From the NCBI GenBank assembly GCA_973895155.1, contig OZ316898.1:16475420-16539419 (forward strand): a stretch of 64,000 bases of DNA, given 5' to 3'. Source of the DNA: Marsupella aquatica (lineage: Eukaryota > Plantae > Marchantiophyta). The notes under the pieces are model-generated. The model was not told the origin of the DNA, made no database searches, and saw only the letters and a program-made list of their open reading frames with translations. This document shows positions 1 to 12,400 of the stretch, in pieces. Each line of letters opens with the position of its first letter. Positions within the stretch are counted from its first letter, which is position 1. A program made the position numbers and the translations under genes.

Positions 1-5
1 TGGAC

Positions 6-3000
6 GTGGCGGAACACCCTAATCCATCTGACGAGGCTGAGTGCTATCGTGTGTCAACAAGAGCCGAACGGAAGGAAGAGAAGCAGGAGGAGAAACGCAG
101 GAAAAAGCAAGATACTACTCCGGTGCAGCCAGCGATAGATATACCCCCGAAGAAGGACGATGACTACCGACGGGATGACCCGAAGCTATTTTTCCCCCGC
201 ATCGAAGAATTGGTAAAGAAACAGTTGGAGGCCTACGAAGCTCGGGAATACCAGAAGGCAATCGATAAGGACATCAAAGCAGCTGAGACAGCCCGGCGAC
301 AGGAGCAAGAAAAGCAAGATAAGCAAGAGGAAGCCAAGCAGCAACCGAAGGAAGAAAAGAAGGAGGACTATGATATTAAGGAGGATGTGAAGAGTTGCCC
401 GGTTACAGCAACGGTAGGACAACTGCTGCAAAACAATCCACAGTACAAACGACAACTGAGGGAGTTGCTTACGGGTCGACGACGAAGACGACTACCCCGA
501 GTTGGGACCACGGATTGCAACATGATATGCGAGGACCTGGGAGCGCCGGACATCTCTATTGAAATTAATAATTGTACCATCAGGATGGTTCTTGTAGACG
601 GAGGAGCGGGAGTCAACATCATGATGGAAGAAACGTCAGTCAAGTTAGGATACCTCACGTATCAACCCACAGCCCGAGCTATCAGATTAGCAAACGGGGC
701 AAGGGTACTTCCATTGGGCACGCTTACACGGGTACTCACTCTGGTAGGAGGGGTGGAGTTCTATCTCAACTTCCTAGTCATGAGGCCGGTTCGGCCCTCC
801 TCTTATCCGGTCCTCCTAGGCAGGCCGTGGCTGTACGGTGGCCGTGTGGTCACGGATTGGGGAAAGAAGGAGCTACGGTTTGGGACACCCACAGTACGGG
901 TATCATGGGCAATGGACAATTATCAGGGCGAAACCCCATAGGGACCCGAGGAATATGATTCGGAGACCTCGGAGGAAGAGGAACTCAACATGATTGAACT
1001 CATCTCGTCCCTGTCCGAGGAAGATGTCTTCAGAATTGAGGCAACCCGCGAAACACATCTCCTGAATTACCCGAAGGCTGCTATTGAGCCCACCCCAAGC
1101 ACCTCTACTGCCCGGGATGAGGAAACACAAAAATGACTCATCGATACGGAGGACCTGGCTCCAGCTAAGCAGGGAGCCGATGTTGCTTCTACCAGTGCAG
1201 AGCCTCATGACCACGAACCAGCCAAACAACCGGTCGGGGCTGAAACCCCGAGACCAAGACATAAGAAACGAGTCTCCTGGGATCCGTCCATCTCGCAGTT
1301 GGAGGAAGTAACTCCAATCCCGAGACCAATCCCGGTTCCACCCATGTACGGAGGATTTCGGTTAGCTGAACTTGATGCGAGCCTGGACCCAAGCTTGCGG
1401 AACCAGGTTGAAGTCATCAGGAAGGAGCACTACCGGAAGTACACCATTGGGATGGATAAATCGTTTAACCTGGGCCACGCTCTGATAGGGGAGGCGGAAA
1501 AGTCTATCCAAGCTCTGCTCAAGGAATATGAAGATACGTTTGCATGGAGCCATCACGATTTAACAGGAGTCTCCCCCGAGTTAGGAGAACACACGATCGA
1601 TTTGAATCTGGGGGCCCATGCAGTACAGCAGCGACAACGTCGCATGAACCCAAGGTACTCCATCTTAGTGAAGGAGGAAATTGATCGTCTCCTCGCCGCA
1701 AATATCATCTACCCGGTAATGGCCAGTGACTGGGTCTCTCCCATCGTCATTGTACCAAAAAAGGGAGGAACGGACAAAAAACCTAAGATCCGGATTTGTT
1801 AGGACTATCGTAAGCTGAACGACGCGACCCGAAAAGACCATTACCCATTACCATTCACGGATATGGTTCTAGATATGGTAGCCCAAAATGAAATTTATAC
1901 ATTCCTTGACGGATATTCGGGTTATAACCAAATCTGGATTCGCTTCTCGGATCAGCTCAAAACAACGTTCACTACGGAATGGGGGACTTTCGCATTTTGG
2001 AGAATGTCGTTCGGATTGTGTAACGCTCCGGCCATGTTTCAGCGACTCATGATGAATATCTTCCATGATTTCCTATGGGAATTTCTGGAGATATTTATCG
2101 ACGACTTCGCCATCTTTGGAACTGTCGCCATGCACCCCGAACACCTAAGACGTACGTTCCAACGATGCCGAGAGGTTAACCTCAAACTACATCCCGCTAA
2201 ATGTTTTTTCGGGGTAGAGGAGGGAGTATTACTCGGGCATCGTGTGTCCAAACGGGGTATCGAGGTGGACCAAGAGAAGGTCGCGGCCTGGATGGCGATG
2301 GTGTTTCCTGTAGATCAAAAAGCGGTACGATCCTTCTTGGGCTATGTAGGGTATTACCGTCGGTTTATTAAAGACTTTGCTAAAATAGCGTTGCCCTTGA
2401 CTGAGATGATGAAAAAGGACGCGGTGATCGAGGAGACACCTAGGAGACGGATTGCTTTCAAAGAACTCCGTAAAAGACTCACCACCGCACCTATCATGGT
2501 CACTCCAGACTGGAATAAGGAGTTCCACGTGTATGTTGATGTGTTAGGGTTCTGTATTGGATCCGTGCTCAGTCAGCTTGATGAGAACGGACGCGACCAC
2601 CCCATCTACTTCGCTAGCCGTCAATTATTCATAGCCAAAAAGAATTATTCCCCCACTGATCGAGAAGCTCTGGGAATAATCTACTCGTGTAAAAAGTTCC
2701 GACACTATCTGCTAGGCTACAAGGTCATATTCCACACGGATCATGATAGCCTGAAGTACATGGTCAACAAAGCGAACGTGACGGGACGGATAGCCCGGTG
2801 GGTGCTACTTCTCCAGGAATTTAACTACGAAGTTCGGGTTTGGCCCGGAAAGGCATACCTCAATGCCGACTTCTTTTCAAGGCTGGACGGCGTACCAGTC
2901 GATCAGCCAATTGATGATATTTTTCCGGATGAGGAGTTGTTCCACGTAGGGGCGGGGACGCCAACGTGGTATGGCTCAATAATCACCTTCCTCTTGACAG

Positions 3001-4324
3001 GCCGCATCCCTGACAGCATCAATCAGGAAGCCGCCGCTATGTTTCTACGGAAATCCGGGCCTTACGTCATGGTACAAGGTCACCTACATAAGGAAGGAGT
3101 TAATGGGAAGTTACGACGCTGCTTGGAGTATAAGGAGACGCTTATCATGATGCGGGCCTTGCATGAAGAAGAAGCTAGAGGCCATTTCGCGGCTATCACA
3201 ACAGCCCGAAAGATTCTGGACTCCGGATATTGGTGGCCTACGTTGCATCGGGATGTACAATGCTTCATCAAGGGCTGTGACCTGTGTTAGCGGGCTGGGG
3301 CCCCAAGACGAGCTCATCATCACCCTCTCACGTCCGTACTTCCATTAGCACCGTTCGAAAAGTGGGGTATTGATTATATCGGGCCATTTACTCCCGTTAC
3401 CCGAAGACGAAGATGCAGGTACATCCTGCTAGCTATTGATTACTCCACCAAGTGAGTCAAAGCACGGGCTACGGTGAAGGATGACGCCGCAACCAGCACC
3501 AGGTTCTTATATGAACAGATTTTCACCCGGTTCGGACCACCCTTAGAGTTGGTAAGCGACCGTGGAACACACTTCCTCAATGACACTGTAGCCCAACTTA
3601 CGGAGCGTTACCTAGTCAAGCACCGCAAGACTACCCCGTATCATCCTAAAGCCAACGGGATGGCAGAGAGAGCAAATGGTATCATTGGGAAGATCCTCAA
3701 CAAAACTGTAGCTGCGCACAAAATGGATTGGGATGATAAGTTGTACGCAGCGGTGTACTCGTATAATCTAGCTTACAAAACTACTACGAGTCACAGCCCG
3801 TACTTTCTCGTGTTCGGCCAATATTCGTTGGTGCCCGTCGAGTTTGAAGTACACACTCCACGGGTCAGCATTCGGGATCGCTTACCTGAATCTGAAAGTT
3901 TGTCAGACCGAGCTTATCAGATTGAAGCCTTGGAAGAGGCACGGCTACTAGCAGCTCGACACGCCGTAATGAAGCAACTTCCAAGAAACAACATGACAAA
4001 GGACTACGGAAGGTCGACGTCGTGATAGGCGATCTAGTCCTTCTGTACGACAGTAGGTACATGCAGTTTCCAGGGAAGCTTCATACCCGTTGGTTAGGGC
4101 CCTTCCTAGTCAATCAGATCTACCCTAACAGATCGTTGGAGCTTGCGACGTACGCCGGCGATTTACTCCCCATGCGAGTTAGTTACGATCGTGTAAGGAA
4201 GTACCACCATCAAGACGACGACGCCGAGAGTGATGTTCGCGAGGACGCTTCACAATTAAGCAGGGAGCTATGTGACGCCGCCGGTACGGCGAGTAATGAG
4301 CAATTCAGTCTAAACCGTGCCTAG
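6..4324 (+). pseudogene. gag-pol of element A (protease, RT, RNase H, integrase), disrupted
   Basis: LVDGGAGVN protease, FLDGYSGYNQI and FIDDF RT, FASRQL RNase H, GYWWPTL and SDRGTHF integrase, GPF motif. In-frame stops at 941, 1136, 1802, 3290 and ~3455; frameshift near 3980. Confidence 0.92.
4258..4270 (+). promoter_or_regulatory. Polypurine tract of element A
   Basis: AAGCAGGGAGCTA directly before TGT, preceded by the GAGGACGCTTCACA motif shared with elements B and C. Confidence 0.75.
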
Positions 4325-4629
4325 CACGCGCATTAGGGGTATCTTAGGCCGCTATGATTAGCATAACGATAGTATTTAGGTAGCCATTATGAGTAGGAAA
4401 TCATTAGTCAATAAGGAGAATTCATGTTCGGGCTGGCGGCGCGTCGCCATTCGCACGCCCGGGTTACGAGCGTGGAGGGGCCCCTCCCTCGGGTCCGTAT
4501 AACAAACTTCGGGAGGGGTCCACTAACACGCGGTGACTCAGACCGGCGGAGTGGCCGGTACACTACAAGCGTGAACGGTTTAGCCTATAGGCAGCGAGGA
4601 GATGTCGGGGGATCGACAAGCCCTCAAGG

Positions 4630-4636
4630 TATAAAA
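4630..4636 (+). promoter_or_regulatory. TATA box in LTR A
   Basis: TATAAAA ~360 bp into the LTR and ~100 bp upstream of the ATG at 4738. Confidence 0.5.
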
Positions 4637-4737
4637 AGGGAGCCGACCCTTTGGAGTGCACCAGTCCATCAGTCCACGTGCCAGCTTTGACCCCAGCTCT
4701 CTCGTTCGCTCTAAGTCGCCACTACTATCTCCTCTGA

Positions 4738-7065
4738 ATGTCGCACACGATCCTCTCCAGCTCGGCCATTCGATTCAGGATGCAGTTCCTATCTACCGGA
4801 AGGCACTTGGCCAACTCATTGAAACATGCCAACCCACGCCGATACGAAATCGAACGCGAGTACGAGAGAGCCATCCGCCTAGCAGGACGACACCACTACA
4901 TCCTTAACTTTGACTACCCGTCTCAAAGCGAGCTTTACCGACCAGCAGAGGTATCTGGGTACTTCTTCAACGGAGACAAATATATCAGTTTCTGGGAAGC
5001 ATTGCTTCGGCTTCCGGACGAGGTCTTCAATATCCCGGGTACGATCGACTTGCAACGACATCACTTTGACCACATCCCTGCTCAGGTTCGGGCTATCATC
5101 AACAATGAGTCCAGCACTACCCGTTCGACAAGGTCGTCCGCACTTGCTTCGGAGAACTTCTACCAGCACCTGCAGAGCTTCATGGGAACTAGACCCGCAA
5201 CCACCAGTGCCAGCCCAGTGGACCGCATACCCGTACCCGTACCAACGCAGACTCAGGCTCAGGCTCAGCTTCAGTCTCAGCCTCAGCCTAGCCAACCCCC
5301 ACCGCCGATCGCCCCGCCAGCAGTACAAGTACGCTCCGTCATCAACGCTGTGGACCTTAGCGATGATGACGAGGCTACCCCACCCTTGCTCAGGCGGCCC
5401 AGAGGAGTAAACACCCAGGGGGCCGATACTACATCGTCCCCTCTCCATGCTCGGACCCAAGGAGCGGCTCCAGCAGACAACACGGTGACCGTGGCCGCCC
5501 CGGGACCAATACTAACGGCGGTAGCACTACCTATGCCCGATCGAGAGGATGGGGAGGTGTCACCTTCCCCGAGCCAGTCACGGGGGAAGAAGAGGAAGGA
5601 ACCCGCCACTGCATCCGGGTTACCATTGGCCACGGTAGCCGTGGCCAAGGTAACAATGCACCGCATGGGGGAAAACGTGCATAAGAACATCCTCCATCCC
5701 AAGCATGCGGTGTACCTGAAGACTCAGGGATTCGAGCACCTCGCCGCTCTGCCCTGGAACACTTGCAGGTACTACGAGGAGGACATGACAGAATTTGTCA
5801 AGAATTATGATGACACACGTCAGCATACTCGGCTGCGGGGAAGGAATATGTCCCTCATGGAAGAACGGCTCAAGATGATCTTCGGATTACCCGAAGGTGA
5901 CCATCAAGTCGAATCACGGGCTCCCGGGGGCAAGGGAGCCAAGTACCAATCCTTGAGTTTTCCCTCAGAAGGAGCAATGGACAACGGGTTCGTGATGAGG
6001 ACCTGCCTCATCCCCGAGATAGTTGAGCGACTGGAGTTCCAGAGGTACGCCCTCGACATGATGGAACCCCGGGGGGAGATCTCTGCCGCCCAGGTTATCC
6101 AGGTCGAGAACTATCGACCTAGGAAGTGGGCGTCGTACTTTGCTAAGAAATTCCATGAAGAGATGGAGCGGCGAAGGAAGACATTGTACATTGGCGGGAA
6201 GGCGTATTTTGCTAGCTACATCAAGATCATTCTTGAGTGGTACGCTCGATTTGATCGACAAACCCTTCCCCGTGTCAATGTTACAAAGCTGGTCCCAGCT
6301 AGGTGGGTTTTCCCGGCCTTGGAGAGATGGCCCCAACCCGAGGCCCGAAGTCCAGCGGACACGCCAGCTTCACCCACCCCACCTCCACAAGTAGTTGTAG
6401 TCGTAACCGAGGAGGTACCGGATGGGTCGGTTATCGCAACCGTTGATGCAATCCAACAGGCCGGGCTAAGTACAGAAGTCGGTACGGCGGAGTCCATGGC
6501 CCGGAAGGTAGCCTGTTTCTTCAATCAGGAGTTAGTTGCCGCAGTAAAGGCAGGTCGGGCCCAGTCAGAGGCCCTTCAGAGGATAGAGCGGTACCGGGTG
6601 GAGTCCGTATACTTAAAGAACAAAGTTGCAGCTCAAGAGGCTGAGCTTCTGCAACTACGACCCAAAGTTGCAGCCGTCGATGATTTGTTAGCAAAGGCGC
6701 ACGCCCTTACCGCCCTAGCCGAGCAGGCCAAAGCTGGGAATGAGGCCGAGATTGCACGACTCCGGAACCAGATTGACAGTTTGAAGAATCAAACTGTTAT
6801 CTGGCAGAAGGACCTGGAGGAGGCCGAAGAACGGGCCTAGCGGGACACTGCGGAGATAGCCACGCTACAGGCCGAAGTGGCACGGCTCCAAACCGAAGCC
6901 GAGAAGCAGGACCAGCTGGCGGGCAAGCTGACGAGCGACGCCCAGCAGTTGGAGGAGGCATGCCAGGAGGCCGTGGAGGAGACAGACGCGGCGAAGCAAG
7001 AGAACGAATCTTTACTGGACCAGGTCCAGCTCCTCAAGGCAGACAACGACAGACTTTGTAAGTAG
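4738..7065 (+). CDS. LTR-embedded accessory protein of element A (unknown N-terminal domain, Pro/Gln linker, plant-mobile-domain-like region, coiled coil); one internal TAG at 6838-6840
   Basis: 700-aa ORF continuing in frame to 7065; the segment EFVKNYD..TRLRGRNMSL..IFGLP aligns by eye with the family-B ORF. Confidence 0.75.
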
Positions 7066-9009
7066 CGGGATGGCCGCTCCCACTCGGGCGGCTCTGGCAA
7101 GCATACCAGGCATTAGCGGTGGAGTAGGAATAGAATAGGGTTAGGAGTAGCTAGGTCAGGCTATTGGGACAGGCACCTGCCTTAGTTACAGCAGTACTGC
7201 CATGCTGTCCAGCCTGCGTAGATTAGGATCTTCTAATAAGACACAGCCGTTTTCGGCCTGACAGTCAGATTAGTTAGGACCTAAGTCAGCGAATCTTCAG
7301 GCGGGAGGACACTCCGTTCCCCGGCCCTTAGTATTTAGTGCACCCCTCGGTAGAGGCAAGGGGGGGTTTTAGTCTCAGAGTTGGACATCCGTGGTATGTG
7401 CGGGGAGTCCCGATCTCTGGGAGTGAAAGAGTACCAAGGGGAGGGGGTAGGACTAAGCTTGCCGGGCGAGTGCGGAGCCGGGCTCCGTTGTAGTATACTC
7501 TCTCGGCCTTGAACCTGTTCATTCCGGAGCTATCGGGTCAACCAAGTGTACGCACATGTCCCCTATGTAGTAAAATCCTTTCCCATTATTTCCTTCGTGT
7601 AAATCGAGATTGTATGCTTGTGCGCGTGTATGTGTGTGTGAATCTCGTGTATAGGTGACAACGCCGGGCCGAACGCACTACCCAAGTCGTGCACGGGGTG
7701 CAGCTTGCGGGGATGTGGTTGCGAGCACGGTTGAGGACCTGTATCATAGAATCCGGATCGAAGGCGGACAACATGAAGGCTTAGAAGTCCTTAAGCCGGG
7801 GTCGATCCTGTTATCGACTAAGGTACGTTCCGGCGGCGGAACACAAACCATACCTAGGAGATGTCTGTATCTAACAGTAGGCGCACTTAGCGCTAGTTTA
7901 CGTGAATTAGGTGCATTACGCGCTTCCCTCCCTGCCCGAACCCTCATATTTACGAAGGTGGTGCCCGTTTAAAGCTGAAGCCCGAGTTTAGGCCAAGGCT
8001 GATAACGTGACAGCTTTGGCCAATCCTCCAACAAGAAGAAGATGCCACCCTAGAAGATGATGATGCTGGAGGAGATCATGACCTGGTACATCTGAAGAAG
8101 AAACTTTTCCAAGACTCAAGTGTTCACGAGGTCGCTTCACATTTGAGGAGGGGGTTATGTGGAAAGGTAAAAAGGAGCTACGGAGTGAAAGTGATCCATT
8201 TTAAAACATTTTAACCTTACTTGAAGCTTATTTAGGTTTATCCGTCACCCCTTAATCCATTTTAAGCCTCAAAGGAATGTTATGGAAGAAAGCTAAGAAT
8301 TTTGAGTTTGGAAGGAAGAATCGCTTCGGACAAACAATCGTTTTCAAAGAAATCCGAAAGAAATCGCTCAGAACCGAAGCTGAAGAATCGCTTTGGAAGT
8401 TGGAAAATCGGTTTAGACTTTTGGAAGCAACTTTGACGGATGATTGCGGATCGGTCCGATGTCGGTTTGAGGAGATTTTTGGTGTGTTGGAAAGATCTTA
8501 TCAAGGGCTATAAGGAGAATTTAATTTTGGTCCCAAAAGACCAACTTCAGAATAACCCAAACCGATTCTCCAAGGTTTTTTGGCATATGTTACTTAAATC
8601 GTTTTCTATCTCTTTTCTCACCTCTTGAGCCTTTTCATGAGTTAGATAGAGTAGGATATAGAGGGACATAGTTTAGTGTACCTTTAGGAATTAGATATAG
8701 AGAGAGTCTTAGTCTTAGTTTACCTTTTAGGACCTTTAGTTTAGATGAGAAAAGGTTTTTAGGCTTCTAAACCTTTTGGCATCTTAAACCTTTTGAGGGA
8801 GCCTTACAAGTGGACTCCCAAGATCATGATTCATTGTCTTTTCTTCAACATTGATTTTTGACCAAGTGTGGGTCTTTTTCTCATGCCAAATTGGGCTTAG
8901 GAGAAAGAATTTAATGGAGAAGACTTGTACCACTCACATCAATTGAATTTCAAATATTTCATGAATCAAACTTAAGTATTCAAGTTTTGATGTTTGAATT
9001 AGTTGTAGG

Positions 9010-9156
9010 TGTTATGAATACACAAGATGATAGTAGTCAATAATCCCCACTCACTTCCATTATGCCAAGGACTTATATAGTCCAGAAGGGTTAACATGGT
9101 TGGGTTAATGTTAACCTATCCTATACTAGGGTTAAGTCATATTATGGGTTATAACA
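9010..9156 (-). repeat. Copia 3' LTR (147 bp)
   Basis: Identical to 14656-14802. Confidence 0.95.
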
Positions 9157-9495
9157 CTTCCCCTTGGTTACTTGGACGGGGTGTCAAGGAACCACACATT
9201 TAACCCTAGTTTAAAAGTGGGAGTCACTTATGATGTAGCCTCATCAAACCTTGCTGCTTTCCTCTCAAGGAAGAGTACTACCATCATTACAATTTGTGGT
9301 CCCTAATTCAGAAAGTCTCTAATGTGTATGCTCTAAGTCTAAAAGTAGCCTATTATTGTCTAAGCCAGTGGGCTAAGAGTAAGTAAGCGTTTATTTGTTA
9401 CTCTAGTCGGGGTAGTATTGTATTCATGACGGGGGAACATGTGTCTCTCTGTAAACTGTTCGTTAGATACTACGATTTAGTAGTTTGTCGAGGTT

Positions 9496-12400
9496 CTACT
9501 TCGATTTTGCGTTGGCTGTGTGTTCGTGTCGGGAGTTGTCGTTAGTCGAGGAGGTTAGGGAGGAGAGACGATGCATTCCAATGGCACTGACCTGCTTTCG
9601 ATGTGTAGTCGCTGGTAGCGGCTTGGTGAAGAGGTCGGCGCAATTGTCTTGTGAGCTTATCCACTTTACTTGTATTTGCTTTCCGCTGTGTTCGTGCGTA
9701 AAGAAAAATTTCGGGTCTATGTGCTTGGTTCGATCGGTCTTCATGTAGCTTGTAACTATCTGGTCGACGCATGCCCTATTGTCCTCGTAGATGGTGGTTG
9801 GATTTGTGAGTAAGGTTTTTCCTGTCTGTTTGAGTATATGTGTGATTATACTACGGAGCCAAATCGCTTCGCGGCATGCCTCATAGAGGGCAATTACTTC
9901 GGCGTGATTCGATGACGTTGTGGTTAGGCTCTGCTTCGTGCTTCTCCAAGATATGGCGGTTTTACCCTGCAAGAAGACGTATCCTGTCTGCGACTTTGAA
10001 TCTTGGGGGTCTGAGAGGTATCCAGCGTCCGCGTATCCTGTAAGTTCATCCTCGCTTTCGTTGGGGAAGAATAGTCCCATGTCAATTGTTCCTTGGAGGT
10101 ATCGGAATACTCGTTTTATGCCGTTCCAGTGGCGTATTGTCGGGTGCGCGCTATGTCGTGCGAGGAGGCTCACTGCAAAGGATATATCCGGTCGGGTGTT
10201 GTTGGCCAGGTAAAGGAGGGCTCCGATAGCCGATAAGTATGGCTTATCTGAATCTAGTATTGGTTCGTTGTCCTGTCTTTGCCTGAACATGTCCTTCGCA
10301 GTGTCTAAGGATCTCAACTCCATTGGTGTTGATACCGGGTATGCCTTTTGCATATTGAATTGTTGGAGGATTTTGTTTGTATAGGTAGACTGGCTAATGA
10401 ATGTGCCTGTCTGTAGGTGATCGAACTGAAGGCCGAGGCAGTAAGTCGGTTCTCCTAGTTCTTTCATCTCGAAAATGCCCTTCATTGTGTTGATTGTTTG
10501 TCGTAATAGTCGTTGTGTACCGAAGAGATTAATGTCATCGACATATAGCGCTAACACGACGAACTCTGTGTCTACTCTTTTGATGAATATACAGGGCGCT
10601 ATGTCTTCTGTAATAAATCCGAGTGCTTGTATTTCGGTTTTAAATTTCTGGTACCATATACGGCCGCTTTGTTTCAGGCCGTTTATGGATTTCAATACTT
10701 GCACAGCAAATGCCTGCTGTCCAGTCCTTCGTTTTCCGGGGTACTGGAGTGGTGCTTTCTGTGTGTTGCCACTGCTCAACACAAGGCCTTTACAATCATC
10801 ATTAGGGATAATCTGGTCAATTCCCGACTTCATATCCTTGCTCAGGTTCGGGTATTGCTTCCCCTGAATGTGTTCTGCCACTCTTTCGAGTAATTCCTTT
10901 GGTGCTTTCATATGAATTTCGGAGTCTAAGACTCCATATAGGTATGCCGTTACTACGTCCATAAGGATATTGCATAACTGGTGTTTGCGAGAGAAAGCAA
11001 TTAAATACCTGAATGTCGTCACGTCCATTACTGGTGAATATGTTAGATCATAGTCCCTGCCTGGGATCTGGGTGTATCCTTTTGCTACTAACCGCGCTCT
11101 GTATCTGATAACATCACCTTTTGCATTTCGCTTTTTAATGAACGTAAATCGGCTGTCTGTATAGTCATTGTTAGGATCAACTTGTTTGACTGGTCCGAAG
11201 ACTTGTCGACGGATTAGTGCATCCATTTCTGTGTCAATGGCCTCTTTCCAGTGTGGCCAATCTGACCTTGTTTGTGCTTCTTTGATTGTTAAAGGGTCCG
11301 AAGTATCATTGGTTATTTCTTGAGCTATATGGTAAGCAAATTGTTCGTCGACAGTAGTGTTTTGTCTCGTGTAAATTTGTCCTGTATGCTTATACTGAAT
11401 TGACATCTCCTCATTACCCGATATGTCTGGTGTCTCGGATTCATTATTAATGAAGTGAAAAGTAGTTTCAGGAATTACCTGATGGGGGCGTCTTTGGCGG
11501 GGTCGGGTATCATGTGATCCTGGTGGCCTACCTCTTTTCGCCTTAGGGGCAGCTACTGTTGCTGGAGGAGTATTCATTTGTACTCTGGCTGGTACATTGG
11601 TTGCCTCGTTGTGTGATTTTGTAACATTTGCTGCATCATTAAATGCATCTGGGATCTTATCCAGCATCTCGTGGAGGTGGAGTAATCGTCTAACTTCTGC
11701 ATCCGTTTGTTTCGTCCTCGGGTCCTGGTTGAGTAAGTTTCTGCTGTTCCAGTTGATCTGGTGTGGGTGCAAGTCCCCTGTCATTTGTTTGTCTATGCTT
11801 AGGGTGGGAAAAGTGTCTTCGTAAAAATGACAATCTGTATGTCTGGCCTTAAACACATCGGCTGTTGTCGGTTCCAGGTAGCGAATGATCGAGGATGAGT
11901 CATTTCCGATGTAGATTCCTTCTTGTCTTTGAGGTCCGATTTTTGTACGCTTGGGTCCCAGTATTGGGACCATGACTTTGCATCCAAATACCCGCAGGTG
12001 TGACAGGTCTGGAGGTAGTCCGAACGCTAAGTGGTGTGGAGTCTTTGTGTTGAACGCCGATGGTCTGTATTGAAGCAGTGTGGCAGCATGGAGGACTGCG
12101 TGTCCCCATGTGGATAGGGGTAACTTTGAATTCATTAACAGGGGTCTGGTTATCATCTGTATACGCTTGATAACGGATTCTGCCATTCCGTTTTGGAAAT
12201 GGACATATGGGACTGAGTATTCAGTGTCAATGCCCGCTGCCCAGCAAAACTCATCAAATGCTTTTGAGGTGAATTCCCCTGCACCATCCACTCTCAGTTT
12301 CCGAATTGGATGTTCTGGGAATTGTGCTTTAAGCTTTAGAATGTTGGCCAGTATCCTAGCGAAGACCAAGTTGCGTGTAGAGAGTAGAGATACTTGCAGC

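Larger units (their letters stand above)
1..8012 (+). mobile_element. Ty3/gypsy LTR retrotransposon A (non-chromoviral, Phygy/Selgy-like), 5' part outside the window
   Basis: PR-RT-RH-INT order with no chromodomain or extra RNase H; PPT followed by TGTGACG at 4271; putative end CGTGACA at 8012. Confidence 0.85.
4271..8012 (+). repeat. Putative ~3.74-kb 3' LTR of element A
   Basis: Starts TGTGACG right after the PPT and ends CGTGACA (imperfect inverted termini); sequence of element C follows. The partner LTR is not in the window, so the right end is inferred. Confidence 0.65.

Noticed and set aside
939-3455. Stops repaired by U-to-C RNA editing
   Set aside because: Such editing is organellar; a TGG-to-TGA stop and frameshifts co-occur; methyl-C deamination explains the pattern
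4738-7065. env gene or captured host myosin/SMC gene
   Set aside because: No signal peptide or transmembrane segment; coiled-coil similarity is non-specific; homologues recur only inside the TE copies
7998-8009. GCTGATAACGTG identical to the copia PBS/LTR junction (14646-14657)
   Set aside because: Only 12 bp with no adjoining copia sequence; treated as chance, though it adds some doubt to the LTR A end
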